From positions 2,157,249 to 2,180,739 of the forward strand of contig BDGG01000001.1 in assembly GCA_001949185.1 (NCBI GenBank): a DNA stretch of 23,491 nucleotides, in the 5' to 3' direction. The notes beneath the pieces are model-generated. The model had not been told where the DNA came from. It was given only the letters and a program-made list of their open reading frames with translations, and did no database searches. Numbering within the stretch: the stretch's first letter is position 1; each line of letters opens with the position of its first letter. Position numbers and translations under genes: made by a program. Positions 1 through 13,601 of this stretch are shown piece after piece. This stretch comes from Ramazzottius varieornatus (lineage: Eukaryota > Animalia > Tardigrada).

Positions 1-221
1 AAGCTAATCAGAGATATCGTGGGTGGATCATGGATGGGAGCGGACCGAGCGGTCGGAGCGGTCGGAGCGGTCGGAGCGGTCGGAGCGGTAGCAGATGGCA
101 CTTCCGGTCAAGCCATACAGTGAGACGTCACGACGTCTTGTCACATCACATTACGCTCGGCATTGTGGGTAACAAAAAGAAATGACATGACATGACATGA
201 CATGACATGACATAACATAAC
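1..221 (+). repeat. Left arm of long inverted repeat (candidate TIR); may extend beyond window start
   Basis: Reverse complement of 23173-23414. Identical over 1-170 apart from copy number of the 9-bp GAGCGGTCG array (5 cores here); ends in an (ACATG)n(ACATA)n microsatellite. Confidence 0.95.
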
Positions 222-640
222 ATAGCGTAGCGCAGTCATCTTTGCAAAGTTGTTTGGATTGCATCTCCCTCTTCAGCATATCTCAAGTTTCTTCTCCGAA
301 GATCTTCCAGCAGTGTATCTACCCCTTCTCAACGTTGCAGTGTTATCTTTTGTGCACTGCCGTTATCATAAACTGTCGAGTGTTTGTCAATTTGTATGGA
401 TTAGACGAAGGCTGGGGAGATATGCCTATCTGCACGTTTAATCTTCGCAGAGCCTGAAGTCACACGTCCGCTAATATCCATTAATCGCCATGGAACGTCT
501 GTTACTCTGTGAGGCTGCTGCAGCTGAAAGCTGGATGGACGCCGATCTATAGGGACCAGGCGAAGGACTTTGGCCCATTTACCATTCAAAAAGAGGGATT
601 TTCGACGGTGGACCCGTCACGCATTACCGCGATTTGCTGA

Positions 641-2290
<1,650 letters not shown>

Positions 2291-2789
2291 GATAGGTTTC
2301 TTGGCGAAGTTGGAATTGAACGGTACTTATACACCCCGAGCAACGAGCCCAAGTTTCTGGCATTACTGACGTTTGGCTGTCCCAGCCCCGGTAGATCAAC
2401 CGTTCCTCGTCCTCAACGCACAAACTATATGGATTTTGATCTAGAAAGAAAGGATACGATCAGAAGGTGTGCGGAGTCAGGCTCATAGCCGGTCTTCTTA
2501 ATTTGTCCCACATGTCATTTTTCCAGTCTCGGGAAATACTTACTGTACAGTACGAGTATGTTATCAATCGTGGAAGAGCATACCAAGGCTTATTACAGTA
2601 TGCCATACGCTGCATCGTATGCTGTATCGTCGATAGATTTTCTGTCTTTGCGATCTAAATTTAGACTGCCGGAACTGAAAATGTGACTGAACTGTTCGGC
2701 AACTGTGAATCTGTGATGCCAAAGTTGTACCGTGTGGCAAGAGCATTGAAGTGCCATGCTGCTGATTAGTTTTATAAAAGTTTGTGGAT

Positions 2790-3070
2790 GCTGTGATCGT
2801 TGGTCAAGATCAAGTTTTTGGTATCTTGCTGGCTATGGAGAGAGCCCGTCAGAGTCTCCGTCCTACAAAGACAGGGTCTTCCGATAAAAAGCGTCCACAG
2901 ACACTTAGACTGTGTGATGTCTTCCTGTGGCAGATCAAAGAACGGAATGTTGATGCGTTGCAAGGATCGATTCGAAGCGTCCCGTGGCCGCCTTGAAAAA
3001 CATAAGGGTCTCTCGCCAGTGGAGTTTGGACAGGACGACCATCGTGAGCTGTCTGCTGCTGCGGTTTCAG
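2790..3070 (+). pseudogene. Possible decayed pogo/Tigger transposase CENP-B HTH fragment
   Basis: Translation has QRQGLPI and RFEASRGRLEKHK, resembling the pogo motif F.AS.GWL.KFK. No DDE domain or clear termini. Confidence 0.4.
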
Positions 3071-4484
3071 AAGGCTCATCAAATTCCCTGGCAGCTCGGA
3101 ACTGTTTTCGGAAGGTGATATTAATTTATTCTCGAGACTGATCTGATGCCAGCCATTGGGCTGCCTTTGACATACGTCAAGGGTCTCGTCTCGAAAAAAG
3201 ACTTGCTAACTTAGGAGAACGTTGCATGCTGAGAATATTACCTGTGCAACACTTGCCAATCGTGAGCACATTGGGAATTAAGACATTGGGATCGTGAGCA
3301 CATTGGGTGTGAATTAGCAGAGTACAGAAAAGTAGTAGTTCGGTTGCCGATTCTCGTTACCTCATACGGTAATATTAATATTAATACAAGTAATCTCATA
3401 CTGTAATATTAGAGTATGAGGTTTCTCGCGCCAAGAGCGTGCTTCCTTTCCCAACAAACACACACGCGGTGCAGAGGGATGTAGTCTCGCGACTCACGAG
3501 AACTGATCATGAATTACGGCAAGCAGACACACTTGGCTAATATTCAGAAGTTCAAGAAGCTATGCTCGTTTGGATCATTTCTGGAATCATGGTACTTTGT
3601 GGTGGTGGTACATGACAAAGATCATGTGGTTCGTGACCAGATTGAGCTAGTGAAATATCAATAGAACGTTGAAATTCCGACGCTTCAGGTCCGAAACGGT
3701 GGAGCTTTGAAAATAGTCACAGAAATTTCCGGGTCTACCATTCCAGCAAGTGGAGCCAAAGTCCGCTCAGTATGGGTTTGGGCTGCTAATCTTCTAGTGG
3801 ATGAAGAAGCACCAAGCAAAATATCTGCCAAGGAGAGCGCCAAAGCGAAAGAAGAAAAAGAATCGCTCTGCAAAAGGCACAGTTGACTGTGGTAACCACT
3901 GCCATTTTCCTGTCGCAGTCCAGTATTATCGTCACGTGCTCAACCTTTTATCTTCTTCAGAAATCAAAGAAGCTTCTGCGGAGAAGATTGCGCAAGAAGA
4001 CTTTGAAATTGAGTAGACTGTCGTGAAGGAAAATGGTTTAAGGAATCGACGGTTCGCGATGACGTCAAAGACCCCAACACGGAAGTGAGGCGGTGGTGGA
4101 AGCCATCCCACAAATCACTTGCTAATCGCCAGATTTTTTATTTAGATTAATTATCGTCGATCCAACTTTCAGTATGTACACAAACCTGGCCTAAGTTTGG
4201 GCATGGACAAAAACGGGCCACGAAGCGAAATCGGCGCTGCTCCGATTGAATTAATTGATTTGTCTTCTTCTACTGGCTCTTGCTGCCTTGCCGCATTCGC
4301 TCAGTGGTATGAGATCTTCTATGATAGTTTTACTTCCTCCGCTGTTTGTTTTAACTCCCAAATCACTAGAACTAAATAGCTATATTCCTCAGGCGAGAAA
4401 TCCGATTCTTTTACACAGTTTCTCGTTGGCTGATGAGTGCCACCAATCTGTACTTTACCCAAGAACTCATGCTAGTTTTACGTA

Positions 4485-4639
4485 CACGCACGACGAGAAA
4501 TCATGGGACCAAGATGGCGAAATGGAAATTCAAACGTAGAAGTATCCAAAAGTGCATTACTATGAATCGGTCACGTACGTACGTGCTTTCGTACTGCCGT
4601 AGCGAAAAGGCCTGGTCCCATAATTTCCCGTCGTGCGTG
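4485..4639. mobile_element. Tc1/mariner-type MITE (155 bp)
   Basis: TIR CACGCACGACGAGAAATCATGGGACCA vs TGGTCCCATAATTTCCCGTCGTGCGTG (2 mismatches), flanked by TA at 4483-4484 and 4640-4641. Confidence 0.8.
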
Positions 4640-5082
4640 TACTAATACTACTTCGGCTCGTTCTGAGAAACGGCGCTTTCGCGGTTTTATCTTGGTTTTC
4701 CGTTGCTGGAATTCTTACGGGAAAAAGCTTGTCGACTAATCTAACTACGTACTGTATTCTGTAAGTACGTACAGGTTTCGTGGTCATAGTTTCGAACTTC
4801 TAGTCTCAAGTAAGTACAGTAGTCATAGCTCTCACTTGTTTCGATTGAGTCGTTCAAATTCCCACTCACACTTTGGTTTCTCGATTCTACAAATAAAATT
4901 AACCCAAGACTTGAGTTTGTAAAACTGCAAAGCAAGACATTAAATCTTAAAACCATGAAACTGCACGCAGAAGAAAACAAGGTTCGGGAGACGCCAGACG
5001 ACTTAAGCAGTCAGAACAAGATTCAGGTAAACCCTTAGTACATTAAACTACCAGAGACTTCAAAACACAAGTGTGCAACACC

Positions 5083-5924
5083 TTACATCCTGCCGAAGAG
5101 TGAAAAGCATAGGCCGATCGACATAGCTAAGAAGGACGCTGAGATGAATCCTGAAGAGTTGCACCCGTCCGTAATGCAGTTGTAAATTTCGCTCTTGCTT
5201 TTCTCCGAGGTTCGGTATTCGTAATCTTTCTGCGTGGTGTTTCCGATCCAGCCACAGGCGCGAAGAGTCTTGTCTTCCGTAACACCATTGTTATGATCAG
5301 AAGCAGTGGCTAAAAAATATCAATTGATAATCAAATATTCCAGCTTATCGGGGAGCTCGGCAAATCAACTCAAAGATCGCCTTTCAAAGTGGCGCACGTT
5401 TACGGCCGATAACAAGGAAACTGTGCGCCACTTCGGCAAACAATGCAGTCGAAGTTTTTTGCCTAACTATCGTTTTGCGAAGTTCATGTCTCTGATCGCG
5501 AAGAAATCCAGAAAAAAATAAAGAATCTGTCGAACAAATTTACCGCTTTGCTTTATTTTTCTGCAGACGGTGAATCCTTCAGCAGGGCAAGGGATGACCA
5601 GGGCTACGCCGCTGCTTGCTGTTCTTCCATCTGCCGTCACGAAACCTTTGCGTTCAGCGCACCAGGCGGAACAATCCTCGGCCTGTAACGACTGGGGAGC
5701 ATTGCTGCAGTTGGGATCCTTGGAAGAGTCACAGATGATACACTTTATTCCATAAGCACCTAATAAAAAGAACATGAGGCTCGCTGTTCAAGGCCATAAT
5801 GGCGCTGTCGGTAAGAAAAGCAACAGGTACTTTCTATGAAGAGCGCACAAGATCGCTTACCTGCTAGGAAGCACGCAGCACCAGCCAACAGAGCCAGGAT
5901 AGTCGCACTGCAAATTCCAGCCAT
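5083..5924 (-). CDS. Ly6/uPAR three-finger GPI-anchored protein (quiver/sleepless-like), exons 5924-5861, 5759-5544, 5309-5083; 168 aa
   Basis: Signal peptide MAGICSATILALLAGAACFLAG, then IKCIICDS..DPNC, CRKIKQ, RACGW, terminal CITDGCN and a hydrophobic GPI-signal tail. Two phase-1 GT-AG introns join in frame. Confidence 0.9.
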
Positions 5925-6934
5925 TCTCAAGGATCGGGGAAGGAGAGTGAGGTTCGAAGGGGATCAATTTGAGAGAACTGACCAGAGTCCACGCTGATGT
6001 CGAAGAGCTGACAAGAAGACTCTCTGCCTCTCTGGGGTATGGGCGATCGACACGATGGACTTTGCTATCGGCATGCAAGACGCTTCCGACGTTTCTCAGG
6101 TTGTCTTCGCGAAGGAAAGCTGCGCAACAGTTGATGAGGGCGATAAAGAAGATAAAAATGCGTCGTTGATCGCGAAAGAACAGCTGATAAGCTTTCGCTT
6201 GTCGGCATCGATAGTGGGTCAACGCGTCAAAAATAGTCCTGTATAAATCCCGAAGTAGGTGCACCTCCTACCCTGTAGCTGATAACACCTTGATAGGCTT
6301 GAATGCATCGTCCACGCGCCAGTTGTTCGACAAAATTCGGAATAAATAAATTTTATGGTTTTTGCAAACGTATGGCGTCAAATGCAACGAGTTTTTCCGA
6401 CACTTTTGCCGTAATTCTTTCTTTACAACTGCAAGCCTCGGGCGAAAAGCTGCCGATAAAGTTTTTCTACCGACGTACAGGTTTTCTGCTTCCGCAAAAG
6501 CGGCGCAAGTGTCGAAAAATTAATTGTCGGCAAGCAACCTGGTAGAGTCCACTTCCTGGTTCCCGACTTCCGATGGCGGTTTGTGTTCCTCATTTGTTTT
6601 ATCCCGGCCTGACTTTGGTTTCCAAAGCAGAGTATGCAATGAGAATTTACTTGTGAATACCTGATTTATCGACGCGCTCACTGGGGACGTTACGTTTCCA
6701 TACCACTGCTTTTGATATACATCAGACGCAGTTGGAAGAAATCAAACACCAATTTGAACGCCGAAAACATTATAGATTGTAAATCTGAAAAATCTGAAAA
6801 TAAATATAGTGTGAGAGTTCAACGCTGAACTATTATGAGCCAGAATATAAAAAGCAGTCCTAAAAACGCCAGGTGAATACTCTGCACCACAATACATCCA
6901 TCTCCGTCCCTAATCCCCTCTGGGTCTGCGCTCT

Positions 6935-8100
6935 TTACGAAAGAAGATCCGCGGACTGGTCACCCGGCTTTGATTTCTTCGATACTGGTTCGGCCAAAGT
7001 GGATGGGTCCGATCTGCGAGTAAGAAGGGTGGCGACTGCGGCCCCTGCTAGACCCACTATAGCAGCGGAAGCTAAGCTGACCAGTTTGACCACTCTTTGC
7101 ACCTGAAAATCGAAACACATGCGTATTAAATCAAGTTGCGACAAACAAGAGAGACGTTCCCCCATGCAAGACACCTGTGAGCTTGTTCCTATTGAGGAAT
7201 GAATCACAACAGGAATGACGTCTATTGGGTCTTTGATGTCCTTCGGATCTTTTGTCTCCTCCGCGTCCTTAGTCGGCTCCTGTCTCTCCATCTTCTTGTA
7301 CTTTAAGCTGGTGACGAAATGTTCACAGTTGCACGTCACCAGCGAGTAATCTACTTCGGTATCTTTGAAAACTTTGACCAAGTCGAAAATTTCTTTCGGC
7401 GTACGGACTGCTCTTCTGTAACTCCTCGCTGCGATGTTATTTACCCGGAACTGATCCCGACCAGCAATCTTCAGTATGTCTTCCACCTTGATAAACCACT
7501 TCGTCCTATCTTCAAGAGAAAAACCCAGGTCCCGAGGAGATGCTTCTATTTTGACACCTTCACACTGCGTAGAAAGAAGTTCGCCATCACCCATCAAGGC
7601 TTCTTTTACATCGGACACCGTCTCTTTCAGCTCACCCGCCGCACTTTCGGCTTCTTCGGCTGTTTGCGCGACAGAAACGGCTGATACAGCACACGAAGTG
7701 TTCTGGGAAGCTGAAGAAGCATTCGAGAAGCGTTCGGAGACACAGGCCAGGGGTTGCCACAAGTCGAACGATGAGACGTGAACAACGAGGCGGTCGCCTA
7801 AGTAGAGTCCCCAGTGCTGGAACATCTTGCCTTCTCGACGGAACTCCACAAGGTCGCCTGGCTGGAACTTCTCTTGATGCTTGAGCCATAGGTCAGGAGA
7901 AACCCAGAGCGACAAATCTCGATCTGCAAAATAACGATAGCAATCCCATCGTAATTAGTACATCCACTTCCGGTCGCAACTACAGGATAACAGGGGAGAC
8001 ATGTCACGTCGAAGCAAGTACTCAGCTTACTGGCTTCAACTGTCTTCGCCACAGCTTTGTCCGGTGGAGCGGATGATGTTATTGCGGTTGTTGCAGCCAT
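6935..8100 (-). CDS. LRAT/PLAAT (HRASLS-like) NlpC/P60 phospholipase-acyltransferase, exons 8100-8031, 7923-7175, 7102-6935; ~328 aa
   Basis: PGDLVEF, QHWGLYLGD..VVH and catalytic YSLVTCNCEHFV motifs, plus a C-terminal hydrophobic helix (LASAAIVGLAGAAVATLL). Splice sites are canonical and in frame. Confidence 0.9.
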
Positions 8101-8679
8101 GTTTGAGAGCTGGAAGGTCAGCAGACGAGCGCGTGATCGAGACTCGGGAGGACGCGTCAGTCGACTGATCTAAACGCTAATGTTGATCGTGAGAAAGCAC
8201 ATCGAGTGTTCGCTTGCAGTTCTCATATGCCACTTGTCCGGCGATCCACTTCGCCATCTGAAGAGACGTTCCGCGATGTCCTGGACTCCACATATACCCG
8301 TAACTTCAAAAACGGAAGGAAAATAAGAGGTCTCCGCGAACGAAAGAATGGACCAAATTTCAGTCAACGAATACAGCTTGAGTCATGACTGCGGTTAGGC
8401 ACGTTAGGGAAGTCTGTCCAGCAGACTCGACTTCGTCGTACGGCTTATCACAAATCTGCAAGGATACATAATCAACAAACTAAGGCTGGAACTGCAGTGT
8501 GAGTCGGGAGACACAATGTCGTATAATTAAGCATGGCGAGCCCTGCCGGACAATCTGTTAGTCACTGCCATCCCAGGCGTTTTTCCAGGATTTCGTTTGT
8601 TTTCGTTTCTGGAGTCTGGACTTGGGCTACCACGGTTCAGGCATCGTCTGTCGTTTCCTCTGCCGGCTTGAAATTCCGG

Positions 8680-9580
8680 ATGATGTTTGTGGAAGACTAC
8701 AAGATGTTTCGACGTTTTTCTCGACCAGCGGTGAAAAATCAGCCACCAAACGACGATGATGACAAAGATTACTTACTGATAGCGGAATTCCTCCTGAATG
8801 AAGCAAGCCAGAAAAACGAAGCCCTGCTGATCGTCGCTACTGATGGAACCGCTGCTTGGAAGGCCCGAGGTAAGATTGTCTTGGTGCTGTACTGTATGTT
8901 GAGACGATTGCTCTGGAATGAGCGGTGTCATCGTTGTTATGTTGCTCACAGTGGATGCTGATATTCTCCAGAAGATGACCAACACTGCCCGCTTGAGCTC
9001 CGTAGACGAGTTCGCGGAGGAAACCAAGAAAGCCTTCCGAGAGCCCGAACTCGATACTACTTTGACAGAGTCGACGTACGTGGTGGAAGGAAAACCTATG
9101 CCCGGAGATAACAGCCTTGAGCTAAAGTGGAAGATTAGCCACACTGGTTTTGCGCAAGTGATTGGCCAAGTTAAGCTTTTACCTGCTTTTGACGCGCCTT
9201 CGCTCATAGCGCACATCATGGACTGTCTTCTAAAGATAATCGCTGCAAAGGAGAAAGAAGTGAGCAAGCTGGAGACAGAAGAGAAAGAAAAGTCCGAAGC
9301 GATAGAAAAACTGCAAGAGCTTGCGAAATCGGAAAGTCTTCGCACAGCTGTAATGGAAGAGGTACGCGTACAGTTTGTTCACGGCTCACCTCCAATGTTT
9401 AGTTACTTTCAATATCTGACTGTTGTTTGGTTTTCCCGTGTCTTCCAGAGTGTTCGCATCTTGAACAAGGCCAAAGAAAAGAATCGGACGCTTGGAGGAA
9501 CGGAGACGACGGAGAAATTCGAGCGCGACTGGGAAACTGCTACGCAAGTTAGAACGCAAGTGGGCGATGAAGAGGACTAA
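8680..9580 (+). CDS. XRCC4: XRCC4-like NHEJ factor (head + coiled coil), exons 8680-8869, 8952-9361, 9449-9580; ~243 aa
   Basis: LIVATDGTAAWKARV matches the XRCC4 TDG..AW motif; EETKKAF, IGQVKL and LIAHIMDCLL are followed by a coiled coil and RILNKAKEKNRTL (cf. LVLNEKKTKIR). AATAAA near 9869. Confidence 0.75.
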
Positions 9581-9878
9581 CCACGCACAGGGAACGCCTT
9601 GCAAGCCTTCGAAAACTCTCCTCCAAACAGCACATAGATTTTCTTTTCGCTTGGTATCGTATCGTGTCAGTCGTTCGATGATTTCTTTGGTCTTCGCTTC
9701 GCGAATTTCGTCCGACTTTCATGTCTCACGAAGTTAGTTAGCCGAGGATCAAGGAAACCGGATATTTTGGGAAGAAATGTTTTCTCGGTTAAGCGGAGAA
9801 GAAAGTTGAATCACTGCACTGGTTGAATCTAAAAGTTTAACAGAATACAGGCTTAGAAATCGGGAACCAATAAACTAT

Positions 9879-10554
9879 CTAGTTTTGGCTTTCGTCGTGT
9901 CTTCCGTCATCGTCGAAGAGTCCCGAAGGACCCGCCGAGATATTCTCCACGTAAGTATTCCCAAAACCCGGACGATTAACACGGAAATCACCGCGACGGT
10001 TACACCTAGCAAGAGAATATTCAATTCTTAAGGAATCTCTATCAGTCATCGTAAGGATTTAACGTGCGAAAGCGAAATGGTTTTCGTACCAAGAGCCAAG
10101 TCCTCGGAACACTGGTCGGTAAACTGACGGGTGTCCTGCCATCAAATTACCCCTTTCCGCTCCACGACCTCGACTGTCACCAAAAGTACGTCCACGAAAC
10201 AGTCGACGGACGTCGAAAGACACAGTCGGCATGTGGAAGGCGTTTGGAGGAACTCGACGAGGTTGCTCCATTTCCTCGCCAGGTTGCACTGGACCTGACG
10301 GGAGTGACATTTGCCCGGAGTACGGCGGACCACGCCACGGCGAAGACGCGGGGACCTGAAATAAGAACAAAAAGCTCTTCGGTAATTGCGACGATCGAAT
10401 CAGCAAGTGTTGAATTTTCAGCATACAGATCAATTGGTTTTAGTAAGTATTCCATTTTGGTTTCATGTGCTAATAATTTCTCGGGAATGTTTTGTCAGTA
10501 AGTACCTGTCGGGAAAGCGGCTTTGGCGAGGACTGAAGAATGGTCACGGAGAGT
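9879..10554 (-). CDS. Probable further exons (..10506, 10355-10090, 10005-9879) encoding a Pro/Arg/Gly-rich tail, likely of the TSEN2-like gene
   Basis: Canonical GT-AG junctions join in frame: ..KPLSRQ|VPASSPWRGPPY..RGRGAERG..GS|WCNRRGDFR..DESQN*. Connection to TSEN2 needs a second frameshift or alternative splicing. Confidence 0.5.
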
Positions 10555-11788
10555 TCATCGGTAGGAATTCGACCGGTAGCTGCCGGGAGCGCGGGGAGCG
10601 AAAGACGGATGAAGTTTGCTTTCGTCCACCATCTTTTGCTGCATGTAAGGCGGCAGCAGCTCTGCTGGGACCGACTCGACGGGTTGGTCAAACAGACGCT
10701 CCCGTCGTCGCACAAGAACTTCCTGCAAAACGAACGGACAATGTACAAGAAAACGCTTCAAACAAAAGGTACTTTCCAAGCCCTCTTGCCGTGATTTTCA
10801 TTTGTGTAAAGCTGTGAGTTTGACTCAAATGTTCCTCGGACAAGTGGAGCGAGTTGACTTGAACCAGCAAGCCGTCTTTCTTGGTTGCGTTCGCGATGCG
10901 TTGAAGGGTGTCGAGCATTATTATGCTTGATCGCGAACACCAGGAATAATCACATAGACCAGGTAGATGGAGTGAGTCTTGGAAGGACCGTACTGGTACA
11001 AAGCTGCAAGACAAAAGCACGAAGTGGATGAAACTCGTCCAACTGCGCAAAACGGCTGATCAAGGCCTCGCTTACCCATGTCAACGCCGAACTTTACGCC
11101 AGAAGTGACCACGTACTTTAACATTCGGAAATGATAGTACACTGCAAAGAACTGCGGGAAAGTCGGATCGATGTCGACGAAGAGCGCCATCAAGTTGTGC
11201 TGGTCAATGAGCACCGCGGTCTCCGTCGATCCATCCCAGATTACCAAGCTGTCACATTCCACCGCCAAGAAGTACGCTTCGTACAGGTTCAGAGCAGCTA
11301 CTGGTTGAGCATCAAGAGGTGGAGGGAAGACACCCACGTCTTCTTCATCACCATCTCCGCCACCGGAAGTCGATCGAGTATCTGGGCCGCGAGAAGATTG
11401 CTTGATAAATTCTCCGAAGCAACCCTGCAGAAGAAACTTGCTTGCCGAAGCTTTGAAGAACAAAGACAGAAGTCGATCTTACACGGTGAAGGCGGAGGAA
11501 GCGGTAGTCGGCACGGTCGTACAGGAAGACTTGCTTTCCATCCAGAAGTCCACGTAGATGCAGGTCATCGTGGGTGGAAGGATAGGGCCGGCTTTCGTGG
11601 TTCCTAGGCGGACGACGCTTGTTACGGAAGTCTCCCCGGCCAAACCGACCTCGGGCTGAACGCTTGGTGATGGGCTTGCGGTGCTTGACGGGGATCAACG
11701 GGATACGTGGAATTGTGACAGCGTTGTTATCCAGCTGGTTGTGGAAGGCTGGTGTTCGACTGGCACCAAACGCTCTTCGTCCCTCCAT
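10555..11788 (-). pseudogene. TSEN2: TSEN2-like tRNA-splicing endonuclease subunit with frameshift near 10925; exons 11788-11483, 11424-11076, 11003-10790, 10722-10555
   Basis: Motifs GCFG, LNLYEAYFL, VYYHFR..YVVTSGVKFGVD, LYQYGPSKTHS (catalytic Tyr/His), RIANATKK (Lys) and KIT|EVLVRR. The frame breaks at RDQA-TAA-TAA and resumes in another frame; a sequencing error is possible. Confidence 0.8.
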
Positions 11789-12732
11789 GGCCTTTTTGTT
11801 TCCGGAGTGGGCAAAATACCGCCGTTCCTGCAAAAGAAGCAACTGGACAATGGTGTAATTTGAAGCCGCGGAAGCAACAGGTGGCTGCGTACTCGAGCCT
11901 CGAATTGAAACATGAAGGGATCCGGATTCCGGAAGAAGAGCTACAAGATGGATTTCCCTACCAGTGCCAGCCAAGCGATTTGCTCCACATGGCTTGCATG
12001 CGAGGCTGGCGGGCCATAAGGGCGAGCCATGGACAGTGAGTACTTGGCTTGCGCTAATAGCCACCGTACTGCAAAGCATCGTCCTGCGATCAAGTATGAT
12101 AAACAAGGCAATAATACTGTATTCTCTCCGGAAATGGATGTACGTCACTCAATTCGAAATGTGATATGGTCAGATATGGTCGGTAGGCGGTAGCTCATAC
12201 GATTGAAACAGCTGTGTCGCCATAGAATTCAATCAATCCGGAGAGTTCACATTTTGCTTGGTTCAGTTATGAAATTAGCTGTTCAGTGAATGACTCGCAC
12301 AGACTAATAGTATTTTGTCCGACTGCGCTGATTGGTTATTAAGCTGTCCGTAAATACGTCAAAATCTGACGCCATGCTGGCTTTGTGTAACAGCTACGCT
12401 AACACTCTAGTGAACCAGATATCAGTGACGTACATCCATTTCCGGAGAGAATACAGTAAACGGCACATCGTGACATATTAAGGGCACTTGGGATGACGAA
12501 CACCATTGTGACAGGAAAACAATTTTATCCGCGCGAGCTGTGACAAATTTCGATATTTGGAATGATAATAGGATAGACAAAACACTTGGTGATGATGGCC
12601 AAGTGAGTTTGTACGCGCACCGTTGTTCATATCTCGGCAAAATATGAAATTATGAAAGTCGTCGATTCCGGCTAACATTTGAACTATCCATCAGAAACGC
12701 ATCAAAATTTTGGCAGTCGATAGATCGAACTA

Positions 12733-12868
12733 ATCCCAGATACATGCATCCGATCCAAAACAGAAAGTTTAAAATTTGCGCTCAGGAGAAATCGGAAAAA
12801 ACTTTAGAGCCTTCCAGCTTCCTCATTTACTGGTCGATTTTGTCGGATCGGATGCATGTTCTGGGGAT
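12733..12868. repeat. Internal ~25-bp inverted repeat within the Kolobok-like element
   Basis: ATCCCAGATACATGCATCCGATCC vs GGATCGGATGCATGTTCTGGGGAT. Confidence 0.65.
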
Positions 12869-13317
12869 GCCTCTAACTTAATTTTTCCAACTGAGATAAC
12901 TTCCTTGTTACAAACGATGTAAATGTTTTGTTAATATCGCGTGGCGGATGCTCGAATATGACAAATATGCAAAGGAAGGAAGTAATCGAGAAATCATAAA
13001 AGACAGGCAGCCACTTACAGGCCTACGCTCAGCAGTCTCGTCCATGACAATGCTGCCCACTGACCACTCGACCATCCGGCGCAGTGCCTTTAGCAATCCT
13101 AATAGATAATTAGCCGTACTCGAAAGGCAATAAATGTCCGCAGGCGGTTTCTTACTTCATGCGCTGTCCAGTCGACCTTTTTGCTTGCTTCGTTTATTTA
13201 CTGGTTCAATCTATATTTCCTCATTTAACCTGCTGCTCAATTCTCAGTCTTGTTACGTCTTTCGGCAGCACTTTGACTTTGTAATCTGAACATATTTACG
13301 ATGGACTATAGAAGGCT

Positions 13318-13501
13318 NNNNNNNNNNNNNNNNNNNNNNNNNNNNNNNNNNNNNNNNNNNNNNNNNNNNNNNNNNNNNNNNNNNNNNNNNNNNNNNNNNN
13401 NNNNNNNNNNNNNNNNNNNNNNNNNNNNNNNNNNNNNNNNNNNNNNNNNNNNNNNNNNNNNNNNNNNNNNNNNNNNNNNNNNNNNNNNNNNNNNNNNNNN
13501 N
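13318..13501. other. Assembly gap (184 N)
   Basis: Run of N. Confidence 1.
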
Positions 13502-13601
13502 AGATCTTTAGCCACGGCTAAGAACGGCTGAAGCGGCTTATTTTAGCTTCGCCGAGCCTTCTGTGGGAGAGAGAACCATCAAGCCAGCTTCATAGTCCTC
13601 A

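Noticed and set aside
47-89. Tandem repeats as a CRISPR array or telomere
   Set aside because: There are no spacers, the context is eukaryotic, and the array is internal to the arm and not a known telomeric unit.
3259-3421. Short direct repeats (ATCGTGAGCACATTGGG x2; CTCATAC.GTAATATTA x2) and a small palindrome
   Set aside because: Too short to assign; probably local duplications or transposon-end debris.
3560-4016. Lys/Glu-rich coding-like stretch
   Set aside because: Interrupted by stops, no recognisable domain and no consistent splice model.
6320-6541. Weak inverted similarity suggesting an old MITE
   Set aside because: Arms are too degenerate and no TSD was identified.
10064-12164. Plus-strand ORFs over the TSEN2 region
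   Set aside because: Antisense shadows of the minus-strand gene with no motifs of their own.
13301-13531. ORFs spanning X runs
   Set aside because: Artefacts of the N gap.
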